From contig JAGLUC010000345.1 of NCBI GenBank assembly GCA_023134955.1, positions 1 to 38,688 of the forward strand: 38,688 nucleotides of DNA. Reading direction: 5' to 3'. Each line of letters opens with the position of its first letter. Positions within the stretch are counted from its first letter, which is position 1. Below, one piece after another: positions 12,001-24,000 of this stretch. This stretch comes from Methylococcales bacterium (GTDB lineage Bacteria; Pseudomonadota; Gammaproteobacteria; Methylococcales; Methylomonadaceae). Made by a program: the position numbers and the translations under genes. The notes below the pieces were generated by a model. That model was given only the letters and a program-made list of their open reading frames with translations. It did no database searches and was not told the origin of the DNA.

Positions 12001-15000
12001 AGATGATGATAACCAAACGGATACCGCTGCAGAAATAAATGATAGAAATTTTGATGCAGCAACATTAAATGCATTAAAAACAGCACTTATTAATACCGGT
12101 GCGGAAGTAGTAGGGCAGTTACGCATTACGGTAGTAACTGAAAGTAAAGCATGGACTGTTGTTGATGAGAGGGGTTCTAGCTTTTCAATCAATTTAAATG
12201 GCTCTTCTTTTGTTGCTTCTCGTGCATCAATTAATGCCGTGGTCGGAGCCGCTGCGCTTAGTGTGGGTGTGGGTGCTTTTGGTGGTGCTGTCAGTGGCGC
12301 GGGTGCAGTTGCACTTAACGCTATTCAATCCACTATAAAAGCTTATATTGATAGCTCAGATATTGATGCTAATGGTGGTGGAGATATTCTAGTTGATGCC
12401 AGAAGTGACAGTCAGATTAATGCTCTGGTTTTGTCCGTATCACTTGCTGTTGGCGTTGGTGCTACGGGGGTTGGTGCTGCACTGGGTGTCTCAGTTGCAC
12501 GTAACTTCATCGGTTTTGATTTAGCAGGTAATTCAGTTGCTAACTCAGGTGAGACTACGGCTTATACACTTAACTCCACTATTGATGCTCAAGGTGATTT
12601 GCTTATTCAGGCAGAATCCAGTCAAGAAATTCGCGCCTTAGTGATGGCGGGTTCTGCAGCCGTAGCAGGTGGTGCTGTTGGTGTGGCCGTGTCTGGCTCT
12701 GGCGTTTATGCAGAAAATAAAATTGGTGCAAATACCGAAGCCTATATAGAAGGTGATGGTGTAGGTATTGTGGCAGATAACATTACCGTATCGGCTAAAG
12801 ATACTTCGGAAATTGATGCCATTGCGGCGGCGACCTCTATTGCTGCAGCGGTAGGTAGTGTGGGCGTGGGTGTTAGCTTAGGCCTATCGCTTGCGGATAA
12901 TGCAATTTCAAGTACAGTCAATGCCAAAATTGACAATGCAGGTGATACTGTTCACGCCAGAGCAGGAAATATTAATGTAACTGCAGATGACATGTCATCT
13001 ATTCGAGCAACATCTGCAGCAGCAACACTTTCAGTAACAGCGGGGCTTACTAGCGTTGCCGTTAGCGGGGCAGGTGCTTGGGCAAAGAACACAATAGAAA
13101 CAGCGACTAGTGCAATAATTGAAGACTCTACTATTAATGCTGATGGTGGCAGTGTAGTGGTAGTTGCGAATGGTTCGGCAAGCATTGAAGCACAAATTAT
13201 TTCAGCCGCACTTTCGTTAGGTGTTGGCGGTGTGGGTGTTGGCGTTTCAGTGGGGGCTTCCTTAGCTGAAAATACTATTGGTGGCAATGCAACCAATGGT
13301 GTATTTGCCCATGTTTTACGTTCAACGGTGACTGCTGACCAAGATGTAACGGTCAATGCCGACATGAGCTCTACTATTGATGCGACAGTTGCGGCAATAT
13401 CGGTAGCTGTGGCTGGCGGTGTTGTAGGAGCTGCGGGTGCAGGCTCAGGTGCTGATACTAATAACACTCTGGATTATGGTGTAAAAGCCACCATTGAAGA
13501 TGCTTCAGTTACGGTAGCTAATATAGTTAATGTTCTGGTTACAGATGATAGCGAAATTGATAGTTTTGTGGGCGCAGCCTCAGTGGCTGGCTCAGCAGGT
13601 CTGGTTGGTGGATCAATATCTATTGCGGTTTCACTGTCGGATAATATTGTAACAAACGAAATTGAGGCATTTATTGACAATAGTAGTGTTACAGCCAAGA
13701 CTGTTAATGTGACGGCGGATGATGATAGCGAGGTTGATGCGCATGCTGAAGCGGCTGCAGTTTCTACGAGTATATCTTTAGGCTTTAGTGTATCAGGGAG
13801 CGGAGCAGAAACTCGGATAAGCGGAAATAATACGGTCAAAAGTTACGTCACTGGAACTGGCGGTAACGATGTATTTAATCTCACCCATGATTTAAATGTT
13901 AAAGCAACTTCTACCCCCGATTACTTTGGTGATGTGGGTGTTAGTTCTGTTGCGATTGGTCTGGCTTCATTTGCTGCAAACGGTGGCGTGGTTAATGTCT
14001 CTGTTAAACCCGATATTAGTGCTTATGTAGAAAATGTGACAGTCAATGCGGATGAAATTGATGTTGATGCCATAGCCCAAATTCGAGCTAAGGGCACTGC
14101 TTGGGGTATGAGTATCTCAACAGGTCTCTCTATGGGAGTAAGCCAAGTCAATGTAACTACAGATGCCGATGTTGATGCTTATGTTGGCGGTAATACCGGT
14201 ATTTTTAACATTAGAGCGATGCAGGTCAATGCGACAGCAGCAGATAATCCTAATGTTGGTGGTATGACTGGTCAAGCTAAAGCGACTTCATCAGCTGGTG
14301 GCTTATTGCTGGGTGCAAGCTCTACCGTTGCTAATACTTATAACTATAATACGATTACGGCAAGAGTTTTGGCCGGAGCAGATGTAAATGCCAGCGGCAC
14401 AGTGACTGTTACAGCCAACAATGAAATTAAACAAGAAGCCGATGCCAACTCTGCGGCAGGTGGTTTGATAGGTGTGGGCTCTTCTTCTTCCAAAGCGACT
14501 TCAAATACAGTTACCAGAGCTGAGGTTGAATCTGGTGTTAGTCTTAATGCTAATAGACTTAATATTTCCGCATTGGGTGAGTCTGAAAATTTTGCCGATA
14601 CCACTGCGGGTTCAGGTGGCGTGGTAAGTGGGGCAGCCGCAGCACCAGAAACTAATACGACTTCCATCGTTGAGGCACTGATTGGTGCGAGTGCAGATAT
14701 TAATCTGAGCGGAGTCAATGGAAAACTGGCAATAACTGCTAGCCACATTGCGCTTCCTAATACAAAAGTAAAAACAGATAGTTATGGCTTGATTGCTGGC
14801 TCAGGAGCTGTTGCAGACAATGCTATTACCAGCGATGTTCTCATTAGAATCGGTAATAATGCGGATGTTAGTGCGCAGAATATTAATTTAAATGCAACGA
14901 ATAAACTGGATAAGCTTGATGTTTCTGGTACAAATATTGATGGTGACGCTGGGGGGCTGGCGAGTGGTGCTAGTGCCAATAGTGATACTGTTGTTGATTT

Positions 15001-18000
15001 TTCAACCATTGTTGAATTTGATGCGAACAGTACGGTAGATGTTACTGATGTTGATGGTGAGTTTATCGCCAAGGCATTTAATGAAATAAAAGCTGTTGAT
15101 CAAGTCAGTTTGTTCACTGCAGGAGCAATTTCGGGTGCGGGTGCTTTTACCTCGTTGATTACTACCCAGAATTTGGCTCAGATTCTAATCGACGATAATG
15201 CCACAGTAACGAGCAAAGGTGATATTGAGTTAGAAGCCCAAGGTGCGACCGATGTTTATTTGCAGTCTTACTCCGAAACATATGGTGCTGCGACAGTGGC
15301 ATTGGGTGATGCGATTATAGAAATCACACCTGAGAACCGAATCGATATTAATAATGGCGCCTACCTTTTAGCAGAAGGCGACCTTTTTATCAGTGCAGGA
15401 ACCGATAAAGATTTAAGAATTGCGGATCATGACTTAGAAGCACGGGTTGATAATTTCGCGGGTTCAATTATTCCCATAGATGACCTTGAAACAAGGGCGC
15501 TTTATATTGTCGACAATATTATCTACGTTCATGCTGGCGGTGCTATCGAAAGTTACCAAAATATTGATTTGAATGCTGATGAATTTGGCTTGGCTAGCGT
15601 TATTGGTGAAGCCAAAGGCACTAATTGGGCTTCAGCACTGGGTGATGCTATTGATAGTGCCTTGGGTGGAAACAATGAGACTTTTGGCCCCGGAGAAGGT
15701 CTAGCGGATGCTCATGGTCAGGTGATTAATGACGGTACTATCCGCACCGGTGCAAAACGGGTTAAGACGCTGGTTCTGGATACCATAGATGCAGTCACTG
15801 GCGAGGTATCTAGCTCGACACCAACGGATTTAACGTTCTCATCTTCTCTGCAAACGGTTGAATCATCCAAGCAGAAATCGCTTAATGATGCATTTCAAAA
15901 CTTGGCACGTTACAAAGTGATTGACCCAGCTACGGGTGATTGGGTTAACCCTGATTTGGTTGATTTTTATGAAGCCGAAATTGTTAGACTACAGCAGGAA
16001 ATGCTTGATGAGGGTCTGGCAAGAGAGCTTTCAGATGGAAGTGGTGGTACTGAAATTGTTGCCATCGCCCAAAGTGCAATCACGGTAACTATTGATCCTG
16101 CAACCGCTCAGGCGGGACGTGTTCGAGTGCTCACTGACCAGTTATCAGGAACCGGTCTTTTTGATTCGCCTAAAGATGCACTCATTTCAATCATTAATGA
16201 TACACAAGCTTTTTTGATTATTAATGGCCTTGAAATTCCAGAAGTAAATGGCGGTGTTGTCTTTAATGGAATTGATGTCACTGATTCGGTATCAAGTACC
16301 GCTGCAAATAATTTGATTTTGGTTGAAAATGCGGTGGCTGTTTCAAAAGATAACAACCATCAAGTTGCTTCTGTGCCATCAGTCAATTTAGTTACACCCT
16401 CTTTAAATTTCAGCGCAGAATCTTTGTCGGCAGCTGGTGCTTTACCAGAAATTATTATTCAGAATACTTACGATGTAAGAGATGCGGGAGCTTCATTTCC
16501 ACCCTGGCCCGATATTACTATTGATGGACCGGTATTAAATCTGCGTGGCAATCTGTCTATCTTGAATAATCCTGTATCGGGCGCTAAAGGCGATGTGGTT
16601 ATTAATGCCGAGGTTAGTGCTTTAACTCAGAATATTGTCGCAGGCGGCAGTGTTTTTATTGAACTCATTGGTGACAATACCGCCTTTAATGTTAAAGGTG
16701 CACCGTATTCAAATTGGTTGGGTGGCAATTTGACAGGTAATGGTACTCGAGATGCCGCAATTGGTGAAAATGATGTAGAGGTTTTTCCGGGTGTTACTAT
16801 TGATGGCGACCATGATATCGCTGACTTTTTAGATGTTACACCTACGACACCTTCCTTGCAGGGTGACCGGATTACTATTAAAGCTGAATACATTAATGTT
16901 AATGGCATTATCCAAAGTGGTAAGGCAGATTTTAGTTTAACGTTGGATGCGGCAGTTAAAGCACAGATTGATGATATTCGTAGTGGCACACGTACGGAGA
17001 CTACATTAGAGACGAATAATAACGACTTCTTGGTTGAATATACTGATGGTCAAGTGGTCATTAGCGAGCTTAGACCTAGCGGTGGCTTTGTTGATTTAAC
17101 GGGACATGTGATGAACACCCGCAATGGCGAAATCATTGTTTACGGTGGTTTTCCAGACATTCATATTGTCAATAATATGGTTTTTGCTGAAGGAGAAATC
17201 CCTGAAATTGTTATTAATCGTATCGATGCTTCCGAACGAGGCGATGGTACATTAATCATCAAAGACAAAGCCAAAGGTGAATCAGACGGTTTTATTGAGA
17301 AATTAGTATGGAATGAAACGACTCAAGACTTTGATGTTGTTTTGGAGGCTGCAACTGTACCGTATACTACCATCTACCAAGTACAAAATGATGGCACTGT
17401 GCAAGTGATTGAGACCGGTAAAAGTACAGTTAATTCCAGTGCGAATAGCTTTGTTTATAACCCTGAGACCGGCTATCGTCACGGCTGGTCAGTCGGACAA
17501 TCATCAATTACCGAAACGATCAGAGAATACACCTTAAGTGACTGGTTGGGTATTGATGCCTTTGTACCAGATAAACATGAGCCCGATAAAGTAGATACCA
17601 GAATATTAAGTACTGCGCTGATAGAGGACTCTGATTATTTCTTTAAAGATACTTCATTAAACAATGTTGCTTACACCTTTAACTCAGTAAGTGTTGATGG
17701 TTTTTCTCAGGAAGAACGTACGGGTTATAACGAGAGAAGCACATGGTATGGCACCAACCACTACTGGTATCAGTACACGAAACTTGAAGGTGATACGTCT
17801 ACTTTTACTCATACCATAGAAGCAGACCGCCCCATAGGGGTTAGCTTTATTGGTCATGAGCAAGGCTCGGTTTTTATTGATGGTGGTAATTCAAATATTA
17901 TTGTCAATGGCGCGATACAAAACGAAACCGGTGATACCACTATTATTACCAGTGGCACAATCACCAGTACAGCCTCTTCAGATGCGAGTGCATCGGGATC

Positions 18001-21000
18001 TGTCGGTGGACGAATTATCGACTTGACTGGTAAACAAGTCGGAACAGATTTGAGTGCGTTACGTGTCGACTTATCGGATACAGTCAGCGATCAACGGCTA
18101 GATGTTACCAGTGCCGGCGCAGTTTTTGTTAAAGAAATTGATGGTGATTTATGGGTCGGTGAAATCGTTGCTGGCGCAGGGGAAGAGGCTACCTTAACAG
18201 CGCACAATTCAATTTTACGGGCTTCTTCAGGTACATCATTAATTACCGGTGGTGAAATTAATCTAACTGCTGACAGTGGCGATATTGGTAACGCGACCTC
18301 GCTGCTTTCTATTAATACAGGAGCCAGAGAGGGCGACAACCTTTCTGCTTATGCCACGGGTGGTATTCATATTTCAGAAACTGCAGGAGACTTGCGCCTG
18401 TTTGAAATTTTAGCAGGAGGCGATGTAACCGTTGAGGTTTTGGGCGGTAATTTGCTTGATGGCAATACAACTGAGATTAACGATGACCGAGCCATTGAAG
18501 AGTTACGTAACTCTGTGTGGGCTGATTTGCAGTTGACTGATTATGCCGATGGCGTGTTGACAGGAGCGGCATCTGCCAAAATTCAGGAAACTAAAGATTC
18601 TTTATCTAATGCTAAAACAAGCGAATATAAGACTTATTGGTCATGGCGGATGGTGCAAAGTGATCACCTTGTATTCCGTGTAGGCTCAGGCGTTTATGAT
18701 GGTTTTGCATTATTACAAATGAGTACTGATGAGCTGGCGTTTTATGATGATTTCTATCGCCAGCAAGGTATTGATGATGGGTTGTCGGGTGTGGCTCTTG
18801 ATGATTTTGTTGATGCAGCAGTATTAACTCTGCTAACGACACGAACTGAGCAATACCGTACTCTGGATGCTACCTATGGTAGTGATGGTGGCAGCGATGG
18901 AGATGTGGATACTTTTGATGAAGAGTATCTGGTCGCATTGACTCAAGCAGAAATTGAAGCGATTGAGGCCTCTATTAAAATTTGGACAGAAGAAGAGCTT
19001 ATTAATGGCATTGGTATTGGTATTCTTAAACCTGTAACGGATACTGATATTGTTATTGAAGACCCTAATATAGTCGGCTCAGCCATTACCTTAAATGTTT
19101 CTGGCTCTATTGGGCGTACAGGCGGACAGGAACTCATTCCGATTACAGCAGGTGGCAATTTAACCGAAGAGCAACGAATTACTCTAGGTGCTGCAGAACG
19201 CGACGATGTTTTTTATCTAGTCACAGATCGTGAACAGGCCACCGTTAATTTTGATGCTGGAAATAATACTATTACGCGTACATCGGGAACCTGGGGTTCT
19301 GAGTTTGTAGCAGGAATGGTCATTCAGGTCGAAGGCACGACTGCTAATGCAACTGAAGAAGGGCCTTTCTATACCATTCTTAGTGTAGTGGGAGGTACGA
19401 TTACAGTCGATGGTAGCCGTACAGCTCTGACCAGCACCGAGTCTTTAGAAAGTGTGCATGTTTCTGGTATTGCACTTGATCCTCGCGGTGTTACTGTCGA
19501 TGTTACAGCCAGTGTTTCTGGTGGCAACACAATTATCCGTAGTAGTGGAGAAGATTTTTCAGGTTTGTTTGCAGGTATGAAAATATTACTTAGCGGCGAT
19601 ACGGTAAATGGTAATGATGCTGATTCATTGTATGAGATTCAATCAGTCTCAGGTAATGTGATTACGTTGCTAGGAACACCTGGATTGACCAATGAAACAA
19701 GTATTTCATTGGTTGTAGACCAATACGTAGAGTTGGTTGCTGTACAAGTACAATTACGTGAAGATCTTGATATTGTAGCCAGTGGTGTTGTTACACTCAA
19801 TGCGGGTAACGAGACATTTATTGGTACGGAATCAAATATTACTCTGAATGAAGTGAATGTTGCTGGGAACTTACGGATTAAAGCTAATGGCTCAATTCTT
19901 AATGGCTTAGATGGTAGTGCGACTAATATTATTAGTGATAATTTACTATTAGAGGCTGGTTCTGGTTCTATCGGTGCGGTTGGTTCAGATAACCGTATAT
20001 ATCTTGATCTAGGTGCTACATCCACTGTCATTGCAAGAGCTTTGGGTGATATCGTATTAACAGAGCGAACCGGTGATATGAATGTTGCGACACTGTTCTC
20101 TAAATCGGGTGATGTCGATTTGGTGTCGAATGGCTCTATTCTGGATGCCATTGCCGAAGATTTTGTAAATATAGAAGCCAATGATATTCGCTTTGAAGCT
20201 GGTGCAAGTATTGGTGCTGATGGTAACGCATTGGATATTGAAGCACGGGGTGATGGTTCTGCGCTTGGCAAAGGTCTACTGACGGCAACAGCAGTAGGCG
20301 ATATATTTATTACTGAAGCCTTTGGCGATATGAATATACGCAATATTCTTTCGACTGCGGGCGATGTTACCCTAACTTCTGCGCTTAGTATTTTTGATGC
20401 AATGGATTTGGTTGATCCTGCTAATCCTAACTTGGGGGATGACTCATTATCAGTCAGCCTGCCAAAAGCAGATGTATTGGGAGATAATATTACCTTAGTT
20501 GCACGATTGGGCTTTATTGGCATAGACGGAAATGAACTCGATATTGATAGTCGTCGAGGTGGTAACGGTTTATTAAGTTCACAAAGTGCACAAAACACCT
20601 ACATTATTGAAACAAGTGGTGATGTCTTTATTGATCAAGTAGGCACTGATGCAATGACTGCATTTATTACTGCAACTGTGGGCGGCATTTATAATGGTGC
20701 GGCACTGGGCGTGTCAAATGTAACGGGTGGTCGAGCATTCCTATCAGCTAATACCAATATAGGTACATCTGCTAAACGTCTCTTTACTCAGATTGGTACT
20801 ATTCAATCTATTTCCATAACAGGCTCAACTTTTGTTACTAATGATGGCGCATTAGATATTAATCAAATTAGGGGTGCTGTAGGGCAGATCGCTGGTGGCG
20901 ATATAAATACTATGGCTTCAAGTCCAGTGACTGTCTTAGCAGATATGATTGCAGCAGGAAATATTACAGTTGATGCCAATGAAAGTGCGGCAAATGACTA

Positions 21001-24000
21001 TGATGTTATTACCGTGAATTCAGGCGTTACCGTCGATGCAGGCGGCAGTATTTTCTTTAATGCTGGTGACCACATTGTTGTACAGAGTGGTGCGACAATT
21101 GAGGCGAATAATGATATTACATTTAATACCGATGTAGCTAATCTGGATGCTGGCGGTGGTGATATTACCATTACAGGATTAGTTGATGCCATTGCTGGCA
21201 CAGTTACCTTGGCATCAAACAGTGATAACGATAGCTTTGTAGTCGATGGTGCTATTAAGGCTGGTGATCAGGTGCTGGTAACAATGGGCAATGGTGCGGA
21301 TACTTTTATAGTTACAGGTAGCATATTGTCAAATGCGCTACTTTCAGTAAATACCGGTGCTGGGAATGATGTTTTTACAGTTATCTCGGGTGGCTTACTG
21401 CAATCTAATAGTGGCAATGTCGAAATTAATACTGAAGCCGGGGAAGATACCCTGCTCGTTGCCGAAACAGGAACGCTAGCAGGAACGAGTATTGCTATTG
21501 CCAGTGGCGATAGTAATGACCAAATTACTATCGAAGGTATGCTAGATGCTGGAACCAGCACTATATTGATTGATGCGGGAGCGGGTGAGGATGTTGTTTT
21601 ATTAGATACGCCTATTTTGATTGGTCAAACCACTGTATTCGGTGGTGCTGACGATGATTTGATTACAGTAAACAGATTACCTACACAGGGTGCAACGGAT
21701 ACCTTAATGCTAGATGGTGGTGAAGGAAATGATGATCATATTGTCAACCTGACTGACCCAGCAACAGTTGCAGGGCTAGGTACTGAATATAGAATAGATG
21801 TCTTTGATACAGGGATAGGCGACACCGATACGCTTACCGTTAATGGCACAGCATTAGCAGATAACATTCTGATGCGTGCGAGTGAAAAACAGAAAGTAGA
21901 TGGTGGAGTAGCTTTTGTTGCTGCGTTACATAACGATGATCCAACCATTGCCGTTGAGCGGATTAATTACGACAAGGGGCTCGAAGAACTAATCGTTGAA
22001 ACTGGAGATGGTGATGATAATGTTAGTCTTGATGATAACTGGGTCACTACAACGGTTCGGGGTGGTGCAGGTCAGGATAATTTTCAGATTGGACAAATTT
22101 TTAAAACAGCACGTGATGCTGCAAATGCCAATATTGCATTAGAAGATGAGTTTGAGACAGTTTTATCAACGCGTGGGCATTTGAGTAACGGTGTTAGTTT
22201 TGAGACAACAATTGAAGGCGGTGATAATGAGGATACTTTCGTGGTATTCCGAAACTCTGCCAGACTGAATTTATTTGGTGATGACGGTGATGACTTGTTT
22301 GTTATTCGCTCATTTGCAGAAGAAGGTTCTAGTGATAGCGACATTGACCTTGGAGAAGGTGCAGATACCGTTGAATATGTTTCTAATGCGGCTGTAAATG
22401 TTATCGGTGGAAATGGTAATGATACTTTGCAGTTTATCGGTACTGAGTTTGGTGATGACTTTCTGATTACCAACAATAGTATCAGAGGTGCTGGGCGAAC
22501 TATTACTTACCAAGAAATAGAGAATCTTGAGATTGATGGTGCAGAAGGCGATGATAATTTCTTTGTTTTCTCAACCAATGAAAACGTTATAACCAAATTG
22601 TTTGGCGGCCTTGGTAATGACAGCTTCAGTATCGGAGGTGACAGTGGATCAGTTGTTGTCGCTGATAATGCGATAGAGGCGGAACAAGAAGGCCCACATA
22701 ATGTCGCGGGAATATTGGGTGCTTTAGAAATTTATGGTTTTTCTGGTAATGGTACAGCTGGTGGCTTAGGCGACCCAGTGATGCTACCTGGCGAAACTAA
22801 TGTTCTACCATCAGATGGTACAGTGCTTGGCTACCAAGTGGGTGATAACACTGACGATACCATGACTGTTTTAACAAGTGCATTGCAAACGGTAATTAGC
22901 AATGATGAGGACCTAGATGATTTACAAAGTTTAATAGGGCAAACGCTGGAAATCAGTAGTGGTGCTGGAATATCCCGTTTCTGGGCGATTACAGCAGTTG
23001 TTGATAATAATGGCACTAATACAACACTGAGTTTGCAAAATCCAACACTACCCGCAGAAGAGTGGGAAGACCCTACCATAGGTAGTGAATATGCCATTAC
23101 CCATTTATCAGCAAATTTCTTTGTTGATGAATCCTTGGCTTTAGATAAAGTGACTGTTTTTAATGATGGCAGCAGCTTGAATTCGAGTGGACTACTGACA
23201 GCAAATACACTCACTGGACTTGATATGGTCGCTGTGGGCATTAGCTATGGTGATTTTGAAGCCTTTGAGTTGCTATTAGGCACAGGCAATGATGATTTTA
23301 CGGTGGATTCTACTGCAGATGGTGTGATTACGGCGATACATGGTGGTGCGGGTGATGATCTGATTACCATTAATAGTCGAGGTGGTTTAGATAGTCGTGG
23401 ACTGGATGGTTCATTGGTCGTTTTTGGCGATACCACTCAAGATGGTAGCCGATATATAGACAGTAACACTGTGCTTTTACCTGGTTTTGCATACGGTTTT
23501 GATACGGTGGGAAACGACACTATTGATGCTTCATCTGCTGTCAAAATGGTTTCAATCTATGGCGGCGGCGGTAACGATATTATTATCGGTAGTCAGGCTG
23601 GAGATCATCTTGCAGGTGGTTCTGGTGATGATGTAATTACTGGCTTGGATGGTTTAGATCATATCTATGGTGATTCAGGTATTAATCTTGAGCTTGATAC
23701 GCGAGTACTCACGATAGTGACAGTGGACACGAGTTCGGAAGATGCCAGAGATGTATTATTAGCAGGTAGCGACATAATAGATGCTGGCGAGGGTGATGAT
23801 ATTATTTTTGGTGACCATGGGATTATCGACCAAACTGTGAATACAGTTAGAATCCTTAGCACATCAAATATAGAGCGGATTAGCACCACTGAAGAGACAG
23901 TTGGTTTAGATGATATTATTATCGGTGGTTTGGGTAATGATCGGATTCTAGCGGGTAATGCCGAAGATCAAGTTACTGATTTAATGGATAATAATATTAT

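Noticed and set aside
1750-13800. The periodic repeats could be mistaken for a CRISPR array or satellite DNA.
   Set aside because: The repeat units are long (165 bp to over 1 kb), variable in length, kept in frame, and conserved mainly at the amino-acid level with diverged third positions. There is no short identical repeat/unique spacer alternation and there are no cas genes.
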